From NCBI GenBank assembly GCA_016790705.1, contig JAEUOT010000070.1, positions 11,036 to 75,035 on the forward strand: a stretch of 64,000 nt of DNA, given 5' to 3'. Source of the stretch: Hydrogenophaga sp. GTDB lineage: Bacteria; Pseudomonadota; Gammaproteobacteria; Burkholderiales; Burkholderiaceae_C. The translations under genes were made by a program, and so were the position numbers. The notes beneath the pieces are model-generated. The model made no database searches. It was not told the DNA's origin and saw only the letters and a list, made by a program, of their open reading frames with translations. Below are positions 1 to 8,943 of this stretch, in pieces; within the stretch, counting starts at the first letter, position 1; each line of letters opens with the position of its first letter.

Positions 1-285
1 CGTCAGCGGGCCGATGATCTCGTGCACATCGCCGCCCGAGCAGAAGTTGCCGCCCGCGCCGGTGACGACCACCGCCTTGATGTCGGTGGCGCGCTGCAAG
101 CCCAGGAACCAGTCGCGCAGCTCGGCGTAGGAGTCGAAGGTCAGCGGGTTCTTGCGCTCGGGCCGGTTGAGCGTGACGGTGGCCACGCCGTCGGCGACGC
201 TCAGGGCGAAGTGGGCGGGCTGCCCTGCGGCCAGCGCGCGGTATTGGCCGCGCATGGGGTTGTGGTCGGGGATCGGGTGTTTCAT
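1..285 (-). CDS. Enoyl-CoA hydratase/crotonase family protein (3' part outside window)
   Basis: Manual translation from ATG at 285: [10 protein letters not shown]...[27 protein letters not shown]...[16 protein letters not shown], the crotonase oxyanion motif. ATGA overlap with the MarR stop. Not in the ORF track. Confidence 0.9.
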   Translation of the reverse strand, partial: MKHPIPDHNPMRGQYRALAAGQPAHFALSVADGVATVTLNRPERKNPLTFDSYAELRDWFLGLQRATDIKAVVVTGAGGNFCSGGDVHEIIGPLT

Positions 286-767
286 TCGATGTCCAGTTGG
301 TGCTGTTTCACCTTGCCCAGCAGCTTGTGCAGCTGGTCGAGTTCGCGCGGTGCCAGGCCGTCGAAGGCCTGCACGATCCATTGCTCGTGTTCCACCGCCA
401 TCCGTTCGAAGGCCTCGCGCCCCTTGGGCGTGAGCCGCACGAGAAAGGCGCGGCGGTCACCCTCGACACCCACCCGTTCCACCAGACCTTCGGCCACCAA
501 CTGATCGGTGATGCCGGTGACATTGCCGCCGGTCACCATCAGCCGCTGGGACAACTCCTTCATCTTCAGCCCCTCGGGGTGACGTTCGAGTTGCGCCATC
601 AGGTCAAAGCGCGGCAGCGTGGTGTCGAATCGCTCGCGCAGCCCTGCTCGCACGCGCTTCTCGATCAGTTGGGAGCAGGCCAGCAGCCGCAGCCACAGGC
701 GCAATGCCTGCGCGTGTTCGCTGTGGGCGCGGGCCTCAAGGTCCAGTGCGTCGTTGGTCATGCTCAT
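282..767 (-). CDS. MarR family transcriptional regulator
   Basis: LRLWLRLL...[11 protein letters not shown]...[20 protein letters not shown]...[10 protein letters not shown] winged helix. Confidence 0.93.
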   Translation of the reverse strand: MSMTNDALDLEARAHSEHAQALRLWLRLLACSQLIEKRVRAGLRERFDTTLPRFDLMAQLERHPEGLKMKELSQRLMVTGGNVTGITDQLVAEGLVERVGVEGDRRAFLVRLTPKGREAFERMAVEHEQWIVQAFDGLAPRELDQLHKLLGKVKQHQLDIE

Positions 768-774
768 GCCTAAT

Positions 775-792
775 TAGTTTAAACGTCAACTA
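775..792. promoter_or_regulatory. Candidate MarR operator (TAGTT-N8-AACTA)
   Basis: AT-rich imperfect palindrome TAGTTTAAACGTCAACTA immediately upstream of the marR start. Confidence 0.45.
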
Positions 793-893
793 TATGCCGG
801 CAACCGGGTAAACCCGCGTACTTCGTGCGGTGGAGGGGGCACCGTTGATCGGTGCAAGAATGCGGGCAATCACGTTGTCATGAGGGTGTGCCC

Positions 894-1220
894 ATGTCCC
901 TGTTCCGATTCAAATCCCGGGAGACCGGCGATCTGGTGATGCTTGCGCCCAGTGGCAAGCGCATCCTGGAAATCCTCGGCAAGGATCCGTCTGTGTCCGG
1001 GATCATCCGTCCCGAGGAGATGGCCGGCGCCATCGAGGCCCTGCGCGCGGCCGTGCTGGCCGAAGAGGCCTCTCAGCAGCGCGCGCGCGAGGAGGCGCAG
1101 GCCCAGGGCGAGCCGGCGCCGCAATTCGACGCAGTGAGCCTGCGCATGCGCAGCGCACCTTTCATCGAGATGCTGCAGCGCTGTGTCAAGGCGGACGTCG
1201 AGGTGGTCTGGGGCGTCTGA
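894..1220 (+). CDS. DUF1840-like protein
   Basis: MSLFRFKSRETGDLVML...VSLRMRSAPFIEMLQRC...VVWGV; GAGG upstream of ATG 894. Confidence 0.8.
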   Translation: MSLFRFKSRETGDLVMLAPSGKRILEILGKDPSVSGIIRPEEMAGAIEALRAAVLAEEASQQRAREEAQAQGEPAPQFDAVSLRMRSAPFIEMLQRCVKADVEVVWGV

Positions 1221-1237
1221 GCCCCGGCGCCCCCATG

Positions 1238-1262
1238 AAAAAGGCCACCCGAAAGGGTGGCC
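1238..1262 (-). terminator. Rho-independent terminator
   Basis: GGCCACCC-GAAA-GGGTGGCC hairpin with a T-tract on the minus strand, downstream of the Bug gene. Confidence 0.8.
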
Positions 1263-1298
1263 CGGACCGTCGACTGCTGGCGCCCTTGCGGGTGGTCG

Positions 1299-2291
1299 TC
1301 AGTCGGCAAACTCGCCGGCCGCGTCGATCGCCGCCTTGAGCTTGGTGATCTCCGCCGCAACAAAAGCCTTGTGACCCGCCGGCGCCACGCGCTTGTCGTC
1401 CGGCGCGGCAACGATGGCACCCAGGTCGCTCTGACGCTTGATGAATTCGGGATCCTTCAGCGCGACCTTGAGGGCGTCGTTGACCTTCTTGATGACGTCG
1501 GCCGGTGTGCCCTTGGGTGCATACAGGCCGTGCCAGATGGTCAGGTTGAAGCCCTTGAGCCCCAGACCATCGAGCGTCGGCAGGTCGGCCAGTTGCTTGG
1601 TGCCGCTCAAGGGCTTGAGCGTGGTCACCGCGTAGGCGCGAACACGACCGGACTCGATCTGCGAGGTGGTGTTGGTGGTCTGGTCGCACATCATGTCCAC
1701 CTGACCACCGATCAGGTCGTTCATCGCCGGGCCCGTGCCCTTGTAGGCGATCGTCGTCAGCGGCTTGGGCAGCTTCATGGCCGACTGCCACATCAGGGCG
1801 CACAGGTGCGACGCCGAGCCCAGGCCGGCGTGCGCCAGGTTCACCTTGTCGGAATGGGTGCGGACATAGCTCTCGAAGTCACGGTAGCGGCGGTTCTCCG
1901 CCAGCTTCGTGGAACCGATGATGGTCATCGGCACGTCGTTGATGATGCCCAGGTACTCGAAGTCGTCCAGCGGCTTGAACGACTGCTTGCGGTAGAGGCT
2001 GGTGGTGGCGGCCATGCCGATGTGCCAGACCAGCAGGGTGTAGCCGTCCGGTGCAGCGCGGGCCACCTTGGCCGCGCCGATGGTGCCGCCGGCACCGGCC
2101 GCGTTGTCGACGACGATGTTGGCGCCACCCAGCGGCTTGCGCATGGCCTCGGCCAGTTGGCGGGCGACGAGATCGGTGGGGCCGCCGGCGGCAAACGGCA
2201 CCACCAGGGTGATGGGCTTGCTCGGGTAGGCCTGAGCGAATGCGCCGGCAGAAACGGCGGCGGTCAGGGCGAAAGCCAGGATCTTTTTCAT
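1299..2291 (-). CDS. Tripartite tricarboxylate transporter substrate-binding protein (Bug/TctC)
   Basis: Signal peptide; YPSKPITLVVPFAAGGPTDLVAR, NAAGAGGTIG, PDGYTLL, YKGTGPAMNDLIGGQVD. Confidence 0.95.
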   Translation of the reverse strand: MKKILAFALTAAVSAGAFAQAYPSKPITLVVPFAAGGPTDLVARQLAEAMRKPLGGANIVVDNAAGAGGTIGAAKVARAAPDGYTLLVWHIGMAATTSLYRKQSFKPLDDFEYLGIINDVPMTIIGSTKLAENRRYRDFESYVRTHSDKVNLAHAGLGSASHLCALMWQSAMKLPKPLTTIAYKGTGPAMNDLIGGQVDMMCDQTTNTTSQIESGRVRAYAVTTLKPLSGTKQLADLPTLDGLGLKGFNLTIWHGLYAPKGTPADVIKKVNDALKVALKDPEFIKRQSDLGAIVAAPDDKRVAPAGHKAFVAAEITKLKAAIDAAGEFAD

Positions 2292-2400
2292 GCAGGTGCT
2301 CCTTTGGGATGTTCAGCGCTGCATGGTAGCGGTCGGCAGGACCGCCGAAATGGCGGAAATTACTTAGCGCCCACCCCGGGGAAACCCTTCTCCCGTCGCC

Positions 2401-3648
2401 TCACTGGTAGCTGCGCGCGTCCTCGATCACCTTGCCATCGTTGGGCAGGCTGCCCGGTCGCACGACCTGGACCTGGCCGCGCAGCTTGGTGACGTCGCGC
2501 ATCACCTCTTCCACCCGTTCCCGCAGTCCGTCGCCGACCTCGGTGGCCTCGACCTGCAGACACATCTGGTCGTTGGCCATTTCGCCGCTGACCACCAGGC
2601 GGGCCTTTTTCACTTCGGGGAAACGGCGCGCGATTTCGGCCACCTGGGACGGGTGGACAAACATGCCCTTGATCTTGGTCGTCTGGTCGGCCCGACCCAT
2701 CCAGCCCTTGATGCGTGGCGCCGTGCGACCGGTCGGGCACTGGCCCGGCAGGATGGCGGAGAGATCGCCGGTGCCGAAACGGATCAGCGGGTAGGCCGGG
2801 TTGAGCGTGGTCACGACCAGCTCGCCGACCTCGCCATCCTCGACCGGGGTGCCAGTGCCAGGGCGCACGATCTCGACGATCACGCCCTCGTCGAGCACCA
2901 GGCCCTCGCGCGAGGCCGTTTCGTAGGCCACCAGACCGAGGTCAGCGGTCGCATAGGTCTGGTAGACATCGACGCCACGCTCCTTGAACCAGGCGGTCAG
3001 GCTGGGCGGGCAGGCCTCGCCCCCGACCGACGCCTTGCGCAGGCTGCGGATGTCGGTGCCGGTCTCGGCCGCCTTTTCCAGCAGGATGCGCAGGAAGCTC
3101 GGGGTGCCGGTATAGGCATCGGGCTTGAGGTCGACCATGGCTTCGAGCTGTTGCTCGGTCTGGCCAATGCCGCCGGGGAACACGGTGCATCCCACGGCGT
3201 GGGCGCCGGATTCGAGGATGAAGGCGCCCGGTGTCATGTGGTAGCTGAAGCTGTTGTGCACCAGCTCGCCGGCACGGAAGCCGGCGGCGAACAGCGCGCG
3301 GCCTGCGCGCCAGTAGTCCTTGCTCGCGCCTTCGGGTTCGTAGATCGGACCCGGGCTGGCGAAGATGCGCGACATGGCCGGCCCGCGCACCAGTGCCGAG
3401 AAGCCGCCGAACGCATCGTGCTGACGCTTGGCCTTCTGGCGCTCCAGCAGTTCACTCTTGCGGGTCACCGGGATGCGGGTCAGGGCGGTCCGGCTGTCGA
3501 TGCCGGCCACGTCGATGTCGCGCAGGATGTCGGCAAATGCCGCGCTGTTCTGTTTGGCATGGGCCAGTTGACCCGGCAGCGCAGCCATCTGCGCCGCTTC
3601 ACGGTCGGCCGGCGATCGGGTTTCCAGGGCGTCGAAGAAGTCGGTCAT
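2401..3648 (-). CDS. Phenylacetate-CoA ligase (PaaK)-like AMP-binding protein
   Basis: YATADLG, YPLIRFGTGD, GRADQTTKIKGMFVHP; start taken as MTDFF. Confidence 0.85.
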   Translation of the reverse strand: MTDFFDALETRSPADREAAQMAALPGQLAHAKQNSAAFADILRDIDVAGIDSRTALTRIPVTRKSELLERQKAKRQHDAFGGFSALVRGPAMSRIFASPGPIYEPEGASKDYWRAGRALFAAGFRAGELVHNSFSYHMTPGAFILESGAHAVGCTVFPGGIGQTEQQLEAMVDLKPDAYTGTPSFLRILLEKAAETGTDIRSLRKASVGGEACPPSLTAWFKERGVDVYQTYATADLGLVAYETASREGLVLDEGVIVEIVRPGTGTPVEDGEVGELVVTTLNPAYPLIRFGTGDLSAILPGQCPTGRTAPRIKGWMGRADQTTKIKGMFVHPSQVAEIARRFPEVKKARLVVSGEMANDQMCLQVEATEVGDGLRERVEEVMRDVTKLRGQVQVVRPGSLPNDGKVIEDARSYQ

Positions 3649-3689
3649 GACAAAAACCACAAAGGTGCGAGTGAGGTGTCTGATTCAAG

Positions 3690-3766
3690 AACGCGGTGGA
3701 ACCGGCTTCGCCGGGCCACTCGCGTTGCCCCCTTGAGGGGGTGACGCCGCAGGCGGCGCGGGGGTG
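3690..3766 (+). repeat. REP-like structured repeat, copy A
   Basis: AACGCGGTGGAACCGGCTTCGCCGGGCCACTCGCGTT-G-CCCCCTTGAGGGGG-TGA-CGCCGCAGGCGGCGCGGGGGTG; near-identical to 41691-41768. Confidence 0.85.
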
Positions 3767-3770
3767 TTCT

Positions 3771-4583
3771 TTAGGCCAACCAGCGCTTGCGGCGCTTGTA
3801 GCTCTTGACGTCCTTGAAGCTCTTGCGCTCGCCCCCGCCCATGCCGAGGTAGAACTCCTTGACGTCCTCGTTGTTGCGCAGGTCGCTGGCGGCGCCGTCC
3901 ATCACGATACGGCCGCTTTCCATGATGTAGCCGTAGTCGGCGTACTTCAGGGCCATGTTGGTGTTCTGCTCGGCGATCAGGAAGGTGACCTTCTCCTTGG
4001 TGTTGAGGTCCTTCACGATCTCGAACACCTCTTCCACGATCTGCGGCGCCAGCCCCATCGAGGGCTCGTCCAGCAGCACCACGCTGGGGTTGGCCATCAG
4101 CGCGCGGCCGATCGCACACATCTGCTGCTCACCGCCGGACGTGTAGGCCGCCTGCGAGGTGCGGCGCGTCTTCAGGCGCGGGAAGTAGGTGTAGACCTTC
4201 TCCAGGTTGCGCGCGATCTCGGCCTTGTCGGTTCGCGTGTAGGAGCCGGTCATCAGGTTGTCCTCGATGGACAGGTGGGCGAAGCAGTGACGCCCTTCCA
4301 TCACCTGCACCACGCCCTTCTGGACCAGGTCGGCGGGCGAGAGGTTTTCGATGCGCTCTCCGCGCAGCTCGATGCTGCCCTTGGTGACCTCGCCGCGCTC
4401 GCCCTTGAGCAGGTTGGAGATGGCGCGCAGCGTGGTCGTCTTGCCCGCGCCGTTGCCGCCCAGGATGGCGGCGATCTTGCCTTCGGGCACGTTCAGCGAC
4501 ACGCCCTTGAGCACGAGGATCACGTGGTTGTAGATGACCTCGATGCCGTTGACGTTCAGAACGATGTTGGGTGTGGTGCTCAT
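3771..4583 (-). CDS. LivF-like ABC transporter ATP-binding protein
   Basis: GGNGAGKTT, SGGEQQM, LLDEPSMGLAP; start MSTTPN with RBS GAGG. Confidence 0.93.
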   Translation of the reverse strand: MSTTPNIVLNVNGIEVIYNHVILVLKGVSLNVPEGKIAAILGGNGAGKTTTLRAISNLLKGERGEVTKGSIELRGERIENLSPADLVQKGVVQVMEGRHCFAHLSIEDNLMTGSYTRTDKAEIARNLEKVYTYFPRLKTRRTSQAAYTSGGEQQMCAIGRALMANPSVVLLDEPSMGLAPQIVEEVFEIVKDLNTKEKVTFLIAEQNTNMALKYADYGYIMESGRIVMDGAASDLRNNEDVKEFYLGMGGGERKSFKDVKSYKRRKRWLA

Positions 4584-4685
4584 GGTGTTTCCTCGTGGAC
4601 CATTCACAAGACTTGCGAACAAGCCTTGTGAATGGCGGCTGTTGTCAGCCGCCGAGACCAGCCGCGCGGGAGATGTCTTCTCCAG

Positions 4686-4763
4686 GGCGTGGCGGATCTG
4701 GCTTTGCCAGTCCGCACCACGCCGCCCCCTTGAGGGGGACGCGCGCAGCGCGGCAGGGGTGGG
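4686..4763 (+). repeat. REP-like structured repeat, copy B (diverged)
   Basis: GGCGTGGCGGATCTGGCTTTGCCAGTCCGCACCACGCC-G-CCCCCTTGAGGGGG-A-CGCGCGCAGCGCG-GCAGGGGTGGG; same three-hairpin layout as copy A. Confidence 0.75.
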
Positions 4764-6095
4764 TCAAGACTGGCAGTCGGCGCCAGCACGGCGCGTCAGC
4801 TTCTTCTCGGCCGCGTACTTGTCGGCAGCGCTCTTGACCAGCGGCTTGAGGATCTGCTCGTCGGCCTGCAGCCAGTCGCTGCTGAACTGCCACTTGCTTC
4901 CGTCCCACGTGTGGATACGGGCCCAGTTGGCGCCCATGTGGTCCTGGCAGCTGGTGGAGACGGGGCGCATCACGCCCTTGAAGCCCAGCGCGTCCAGCTT
5001 GGCCTGCGTCAGGTTCAGGTTCTCGTAACCCCAGCGAGCCTGCTCACCGGACACGAGCTTGCCCTTGCCGAAGCGTTCCTGGGCCGCACGCACGCCTTCG
5101 ACGGCGAACATGGCGCTCATCAGGCCGCGCATGTACAGCACGTCGCCCACTTCTTCCTTCGGACCGGTGCCCTGGCCCTTGTCGTGCAGCTTGGACAGGA
5201 TTTCCTTGACCACGTCGGCGTTCTTTTCGGTGCCGTGCTGCATGGTGACCGCGTTGTAGCCCTTGGCGCCCTGGCCGACGTCCTTGACATCGGGCTCGGC
5301 ACCGGCCCACCACACGCCATACATCTTTTCACGCGGATAGCCGGTGGCCTGGGCTTCCTTCAGGGCGGTCGAGTTCATCACGCCCCAGCCCCACAGCACC
5401 ACGTAGTCCGGGCGCTGCTGGCGCACCTGCAGCCAGGTGGCCTTCTGCTCGACGCCGGGCGCCGTCACGGGCAGCATGCTCAACTGGAAGCCCAGTTGCG
5501 CGGCACGTTCCTGCAGCAGGGGAATCGGCTCCTTGCCGAACGGGCTGTCGTGGTAGACGAGGGCGATTTTCTTGCCCTTGAGGTTGGCCAGGCCGCCTTC
5601 CTTCTTGCCGATCTGCTGGATGATGGCGTCGGCGGCGACGAAGTAGGTGCCGGCGATCGGGAAGTTCCACTTGAAGATGCCACCGTCAGCGGATTCGCTG
5701 CGGCCATAGCCGGCGGTGATGAGGGGGATCTTGTCGACCGGGGCTTTTTCCGTCAGGGCGAAGGTCGCGCCGGTGGACAGCGGCTGGAACACGGTGGCGC
5801 CCTTGCCCTTCAGACGCTCGTAGCACTCGACGCTCTTGTCGGTGGCGTAGCCGGTTTCGCATTCCTCGAACGCGATCTTCACGCCGTTGATGCCGCCGCG
5901 GATATTCACCAGCTTGAGGTAATCCACATAGCCGTTGGCCCATGGCACGCCGTTGGGGGCGTAGGCGCCGGTGCGGTACACCAGCACGGGGAAGAACTGC
6001 TCTTTGGCTTGCGCCATGGCAGCGGTCGGGACCACAGCGCCCGACAGGGCGGCACAGGCCAGCGACACGGACAGAACCAGGTTACGTACTTTCAT
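4764..6095 (-). CDS. ABC transporter substrate-binding protein (LivK-like)
   Basis: True start MKVRNLVLSV with AGGAG RBS; signal peptide; RTGAYAPNG, GGINGVKI, EECETGY. Confidence 0.92.
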   Translation of the reverse strand: MKVRNLVLSVSLACAALSGAVVPTAAMAQAKEQFFPVLVYRTGAYAPNGVPWANGYVDYLKLVNIRGGINGVKIAFEECETGYATDKSVECYERLKGKGATVFQPLSTGATFALTEKAPVDKIPLITAGYGRSESADGGIFKWNFPIAGTYFVAADAIIQQIGKKEGGLANLKGKKIALVYHDSPFGKEPIPLLQERAAQLGFQLSMLPVTAPGVEQKATWLQVRQQRPDYVVLWGWGVMNSTALKEAQATGYPREKMYGVWWAGAEPDVKDVGQGAKGYNAVTMQHGTEKNADVVKEILSKLHDKGQGTGPKEEVGDVLYMRGLMSAMFAVEGVRAAQERFGKGKLVSGEQARWGYENLNLTQAKLDALGFKGVMRPVSTSCQDHMGANWARIHTWDGSKWQFSSDWLQADEQILKPLVKSAADKYAAEKKLTRRAGADCQS

Positions 6096-6142
6096 CGCTT
6101 GTCTCCTTAAGGACGGGGGTCGGTCACACACACAAAAACGGA

Positions 6143-7201
6143 TCAGTGGGGGAAAGGCCAGAGGCGCAGTTTCTGCTTGCCGATGCTCCAGAGCTTGGCC
6201 AGGCCATGGGGTTCGACGATCAGGAACCAGACGATCAGCGCGCCGAACACCATGAACGTCATGTGGGCGGCGGCGGCGGTGGACAGACCCACTAGCAGGC
6301 TGATGCGTTCGATGAAGATGGGCAGCAGCACGATGAAGGCGGCGCCGAAGAAGCTGCCCATGATCGAGCCCATGCCGCCGATGATCACCATGAACAGCAA
6401 CTGGAACGAGCGGTCGATGGAGAAGGCGGCCGGTTCCCAGGAGCCCAGGTGCACGAAGCCCCAGAGCCCGCCGGCCACACCGACGATGAAGGAGCTGACC
6501 GCGAAGGCGGAGAGCTTGGCGTACTTGGGGCGGATGCCGATCACGGCGGCGGCCACGTCCATGTCGCGGATGGCCATCCATTCGCGACCGATCGAGCTGC
6601 GCACCAGGTTCTTGGCCAGCAGGCCAAACACGACCAGGAAGGCCAGGCAGAACAGGTATTTCTGCACCGGCGTCTCGATGGGCATGCCCAGCACCGAGAG
6701 ACCGGAGACCGACACCGACCCGGAGGGATTGTTGTTGGTGAACCAGCCCACGCGCAGGAAGGCCCAGTCGCAGAAAAACTGCGCCGCCAGCGTCGCCACC
6801 GCCAGGTACAGGCCCTTGACGCGCAGACTGGGGAAGCCGAAGAAGATGCCCACCAGCGTGGCGAAGAAGCCGCCGGAGAGCAGCGCCAGGATCAGCGGCA
6901 TGCCGTCGATGCGGATGTAGGTGTTGTAGGCCATGTAGGCGCCGACAGCCATGAAGGCGCCCGAACCCAGCGAGATCTGGCCGCAGTAGCCGACCAGGAT
7001 GTTCACGCCCAGGGCGGCCAGCGCCAGGATCAGGAACGGGATCAGGATGGCGCGGTAGAGGTACTCGTCGACCAGCAGGGGGACGCCGATGAAGGCGAAG
7101 GCGATCAGGGCGAGGATCGCCCAGCGGTCCTGCGCAATCGTGAAGATCTGCTGGTCGGCGCGGTAGGAGGTCTTGAACTGACCGTTTTCTCTGTAGAACA
7201 T
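6143..7201 (-). CDS. LivM-like ABC permease
   Basis: GYCGQISLGSGAF, LRVKGLYLAVATLA, multiple TM helices. Confidence 0.93.
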   Translation of the reverse strand: MFYRENGQFKTSYRADQQIFTIAQDRWAILALIAFAFIGVPLLVDEYLYRAILIPFLILALAALGVNILVGYCGQISLGSGAFMAVGAYMAYNTYIRIDGMPLILALLSGGFFATLVGIFFGFPSLRVKGLYLAVATLAAQFFCDWAFLRVGWFTNNNPSGSVSVSGLSVLGMPIETPVQKYLFCLAFLVVFGLLAKNLVRSSIGREWMAIRDMDVAAAVIGIRPKYAKLSAFAVSSFIVGVAGGLWGFVHLGSWEPAAFSIDRSFQLLFMVIIGGMGSIMGSFFGAAFIVLLPIFIERISLLVGLSTAAAAHMTFMVFGALIVWFLIVEPHGLAKLWSIGKQKLRLWPFPH

Positions 7202-7213
7202 GCTCTTGTCTCC

Positions 7214-8143
7214 TTACACGCGGTCGATGATCTTTTCGCCGAACAGGCCCTGCGGGCGGAACAGCAGGAACACGAGCGCCAGCACATACGCAAACCAGAT
7301 CTCGATGCCGCCGCCGACCATGGGGCCGAGGTAGACCTCCGAGAGCTTCTCGCCCACGCCGATGATCAGGCCGCCGATGATGGCGCCGGGCACCGAGGTC
7401 AGGCCGCCCAGGATGATCACGGGCAGGGCACGCAGGGCCACGGTGGTCAGCGAGAACTGCACCCCCAGCTTGGAGCCCCAGATGATCCCGGCCACCAGGG
7501 CGGTGATGCCGGCGACGCACCAGACGATGACCCAGATGCGGTTGAGCGGGATGCCGATGGACTGGGCGGCCTGGTGGTCGTCCGCCACGGCGCGCAGGGC
7601 GCGGCCGGTGCCGGTCTTCTGGAAGAACAGCGACAGGGCAGCCACCAGCACGGCGGCGATCACGGCCGCGATGATGTCTTCCTGGTTCACCAGCACGCCG
7701 CCCTGGAACACGCTCTCGAACAGGAACACCGGGTCCTTGGGCATGCCGACATCGATCGGGTAGATGTCGCTGCCGAAGATGGTCTGGCCCAGGCCGTCGA
7801 GGAAGTAGGTGATGCCCAGCGTGGCCATCAGCAGGGTCACGCCCTCCTGGTTCACCAAGTGGCGCAGCACCAGGCGTTCGATCAGCCAGGCCAGGATGAA
7901 CATGCAGCCGGCGGCGATGAAGAAGGCGATCACGTTGCCCAGCAGCTTGCTCTCCAGCCCCAGCCAATGGGGTACCCACTCCGAGAAGCGGGCCATGGCC
8001 AGCGCGGCGAACAGCACCATCGCGCCCTGCGCGAAGTTGAAGACGCCCGAGGCCTTGAAGATCAGCACGAAGCCCAGCGCCACCAGCGAATACAGCATGC
8101 CGGCCATCAGGCCGCCGAGCAGTGTTTCAAGAAAGAATCCCAT
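7214..8143 (-). CDS. LivH-like ABC permease
   Basis: YSLVALGFVLIFKASGVFNFAQG, GRALRAVADD, RPQGLFG. Confidence 0.93.
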   Translation of the reverse strand: MGFFLETLLGGLMAGMLYSLVALGFVLIFKASGVFNFAQGAMVLFAALAMARFSEWVPHWLGLESKLLGNVIAFFIAAGCMFILAWLIERLVLRHLVNQEGVTLLMATLGITYFLDGLGQTIFGSDIYPIDVGMPKDPVFLFESVFQGGVLVNQEDIIAAVIAAVLVAALSLFFQKTGTGRALRAVADDHQAAQSIGIPLNRIWVIVWCVAGITALVAGIIWGSKLGVQFSLTTVALRALPVIILGGLTSVPGAIIGGLIIGVGEKLSEVYLGPMVGGGIEIWFAYVLALVFLLFRPQGLFGEKIIDRV

Positions 8144-8157
8144 GGTGTTGTCTCCGT

Positions 8158-8943
8158 TCAGTGCGAAGTACCGAGGTACGCGCTGATGACTTCTTCGTTG
8201 CTGCGCACCTCGTCCGGGGTGCCGTCGCCGATCTTCTTGCCGTAGTCGAGCACCACCACGCGGTCGGAGATGTCCATCACCACGCCCATGTCGTGCTCGA
8301 TCAGCACGATGGTGGTGCCGAACTCGTCGTTGACGTCCAGGATGAAGCGGCTCATGTCCTGCTTCTCTTCCAGGTTCATGCCGGCCATCGGTTCGTCCAG
8401 CAGCAGCACCTGCGGCTCCATCGCCAGGGCACGGCCCAGGTCGACGCGCTTCTGCAGGCCGTAGGGCAACTGGCCGACAGGGGTCTTGCGGAAGGCCTGG
8501 ATTTCCAGGAAGTCGATGATGTGCTCGACGAATTCGCGGTGCTCTTCCTCTTCCCGCTGGGCCGGACCGATGCGCAGCGCCTGCAGGAAGATGTTGCTCT
8601 TCATGCGCAGGTTGCGGCCGGTCATGATGTTGTCGATCACGCTCATGCCCTTGAACAGCGCCAGGTTCTGGAAGGTGCGCGCGATGCCCATCTCGGCCAC
8701 CTGGCGGCTGTTCATGTGCTTGAAGGTCTGGCCACGGAAGGAGACGCTGCCCTCCTGCGGCGAATACACGCCGTTGATGCAGTTGAGCATCGAACTCTTG
8801 CCGGCGCCGTTGGGGCCGATGATGGCGCGCACCTCATGCTCCTTCACATTGAAGGAGATGTCGGTCAGCGCCTTGACGCCGCCGAAGCGCAGGCTGATGT
8901 TCTGGACGTCGAGGATGACGTCGCCGATCTTTTTCTTGCTCAT
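8158..8943 (-). CDS. LivG-like ABC transporter ATP-binding protein
   Basis: GPNGAGKS, IARTFQN, LPYGLQKRVDLGRAL, EHDM. Confidence 0.93.
   Translation of the reverse strand: MSKKKIGDVILDVQNISLRFGGVKALTDISFNVKEHEVRAIIGPNGAGKSSMLNCINGVYSPQEGSVSFRGQTFKHMNSRQVAEMGIARTFQNLALFKGMSVIDNIMTGRNLRMKSNIFLQALRIGPAQREEEEHREFVEHIIDFLEIQAFRKTPVGQLPYGLQKRVDLGRALAMEPQVLLLDEPMAGMNLEEKQDMSRFILDVNDEFGTTIVLIEHDMGVVMDISDRVVVLDYGKKIGDGTPDEVRSNEEVISAYLGTSH

Noticed and set aside
4764-7979. 1071-aa ORF suggesting a giant fusion
   Set aside because: Only 4764-6095 is the binding protein, with its own RBS. The upstream part is an off-frame read of livM/livH.
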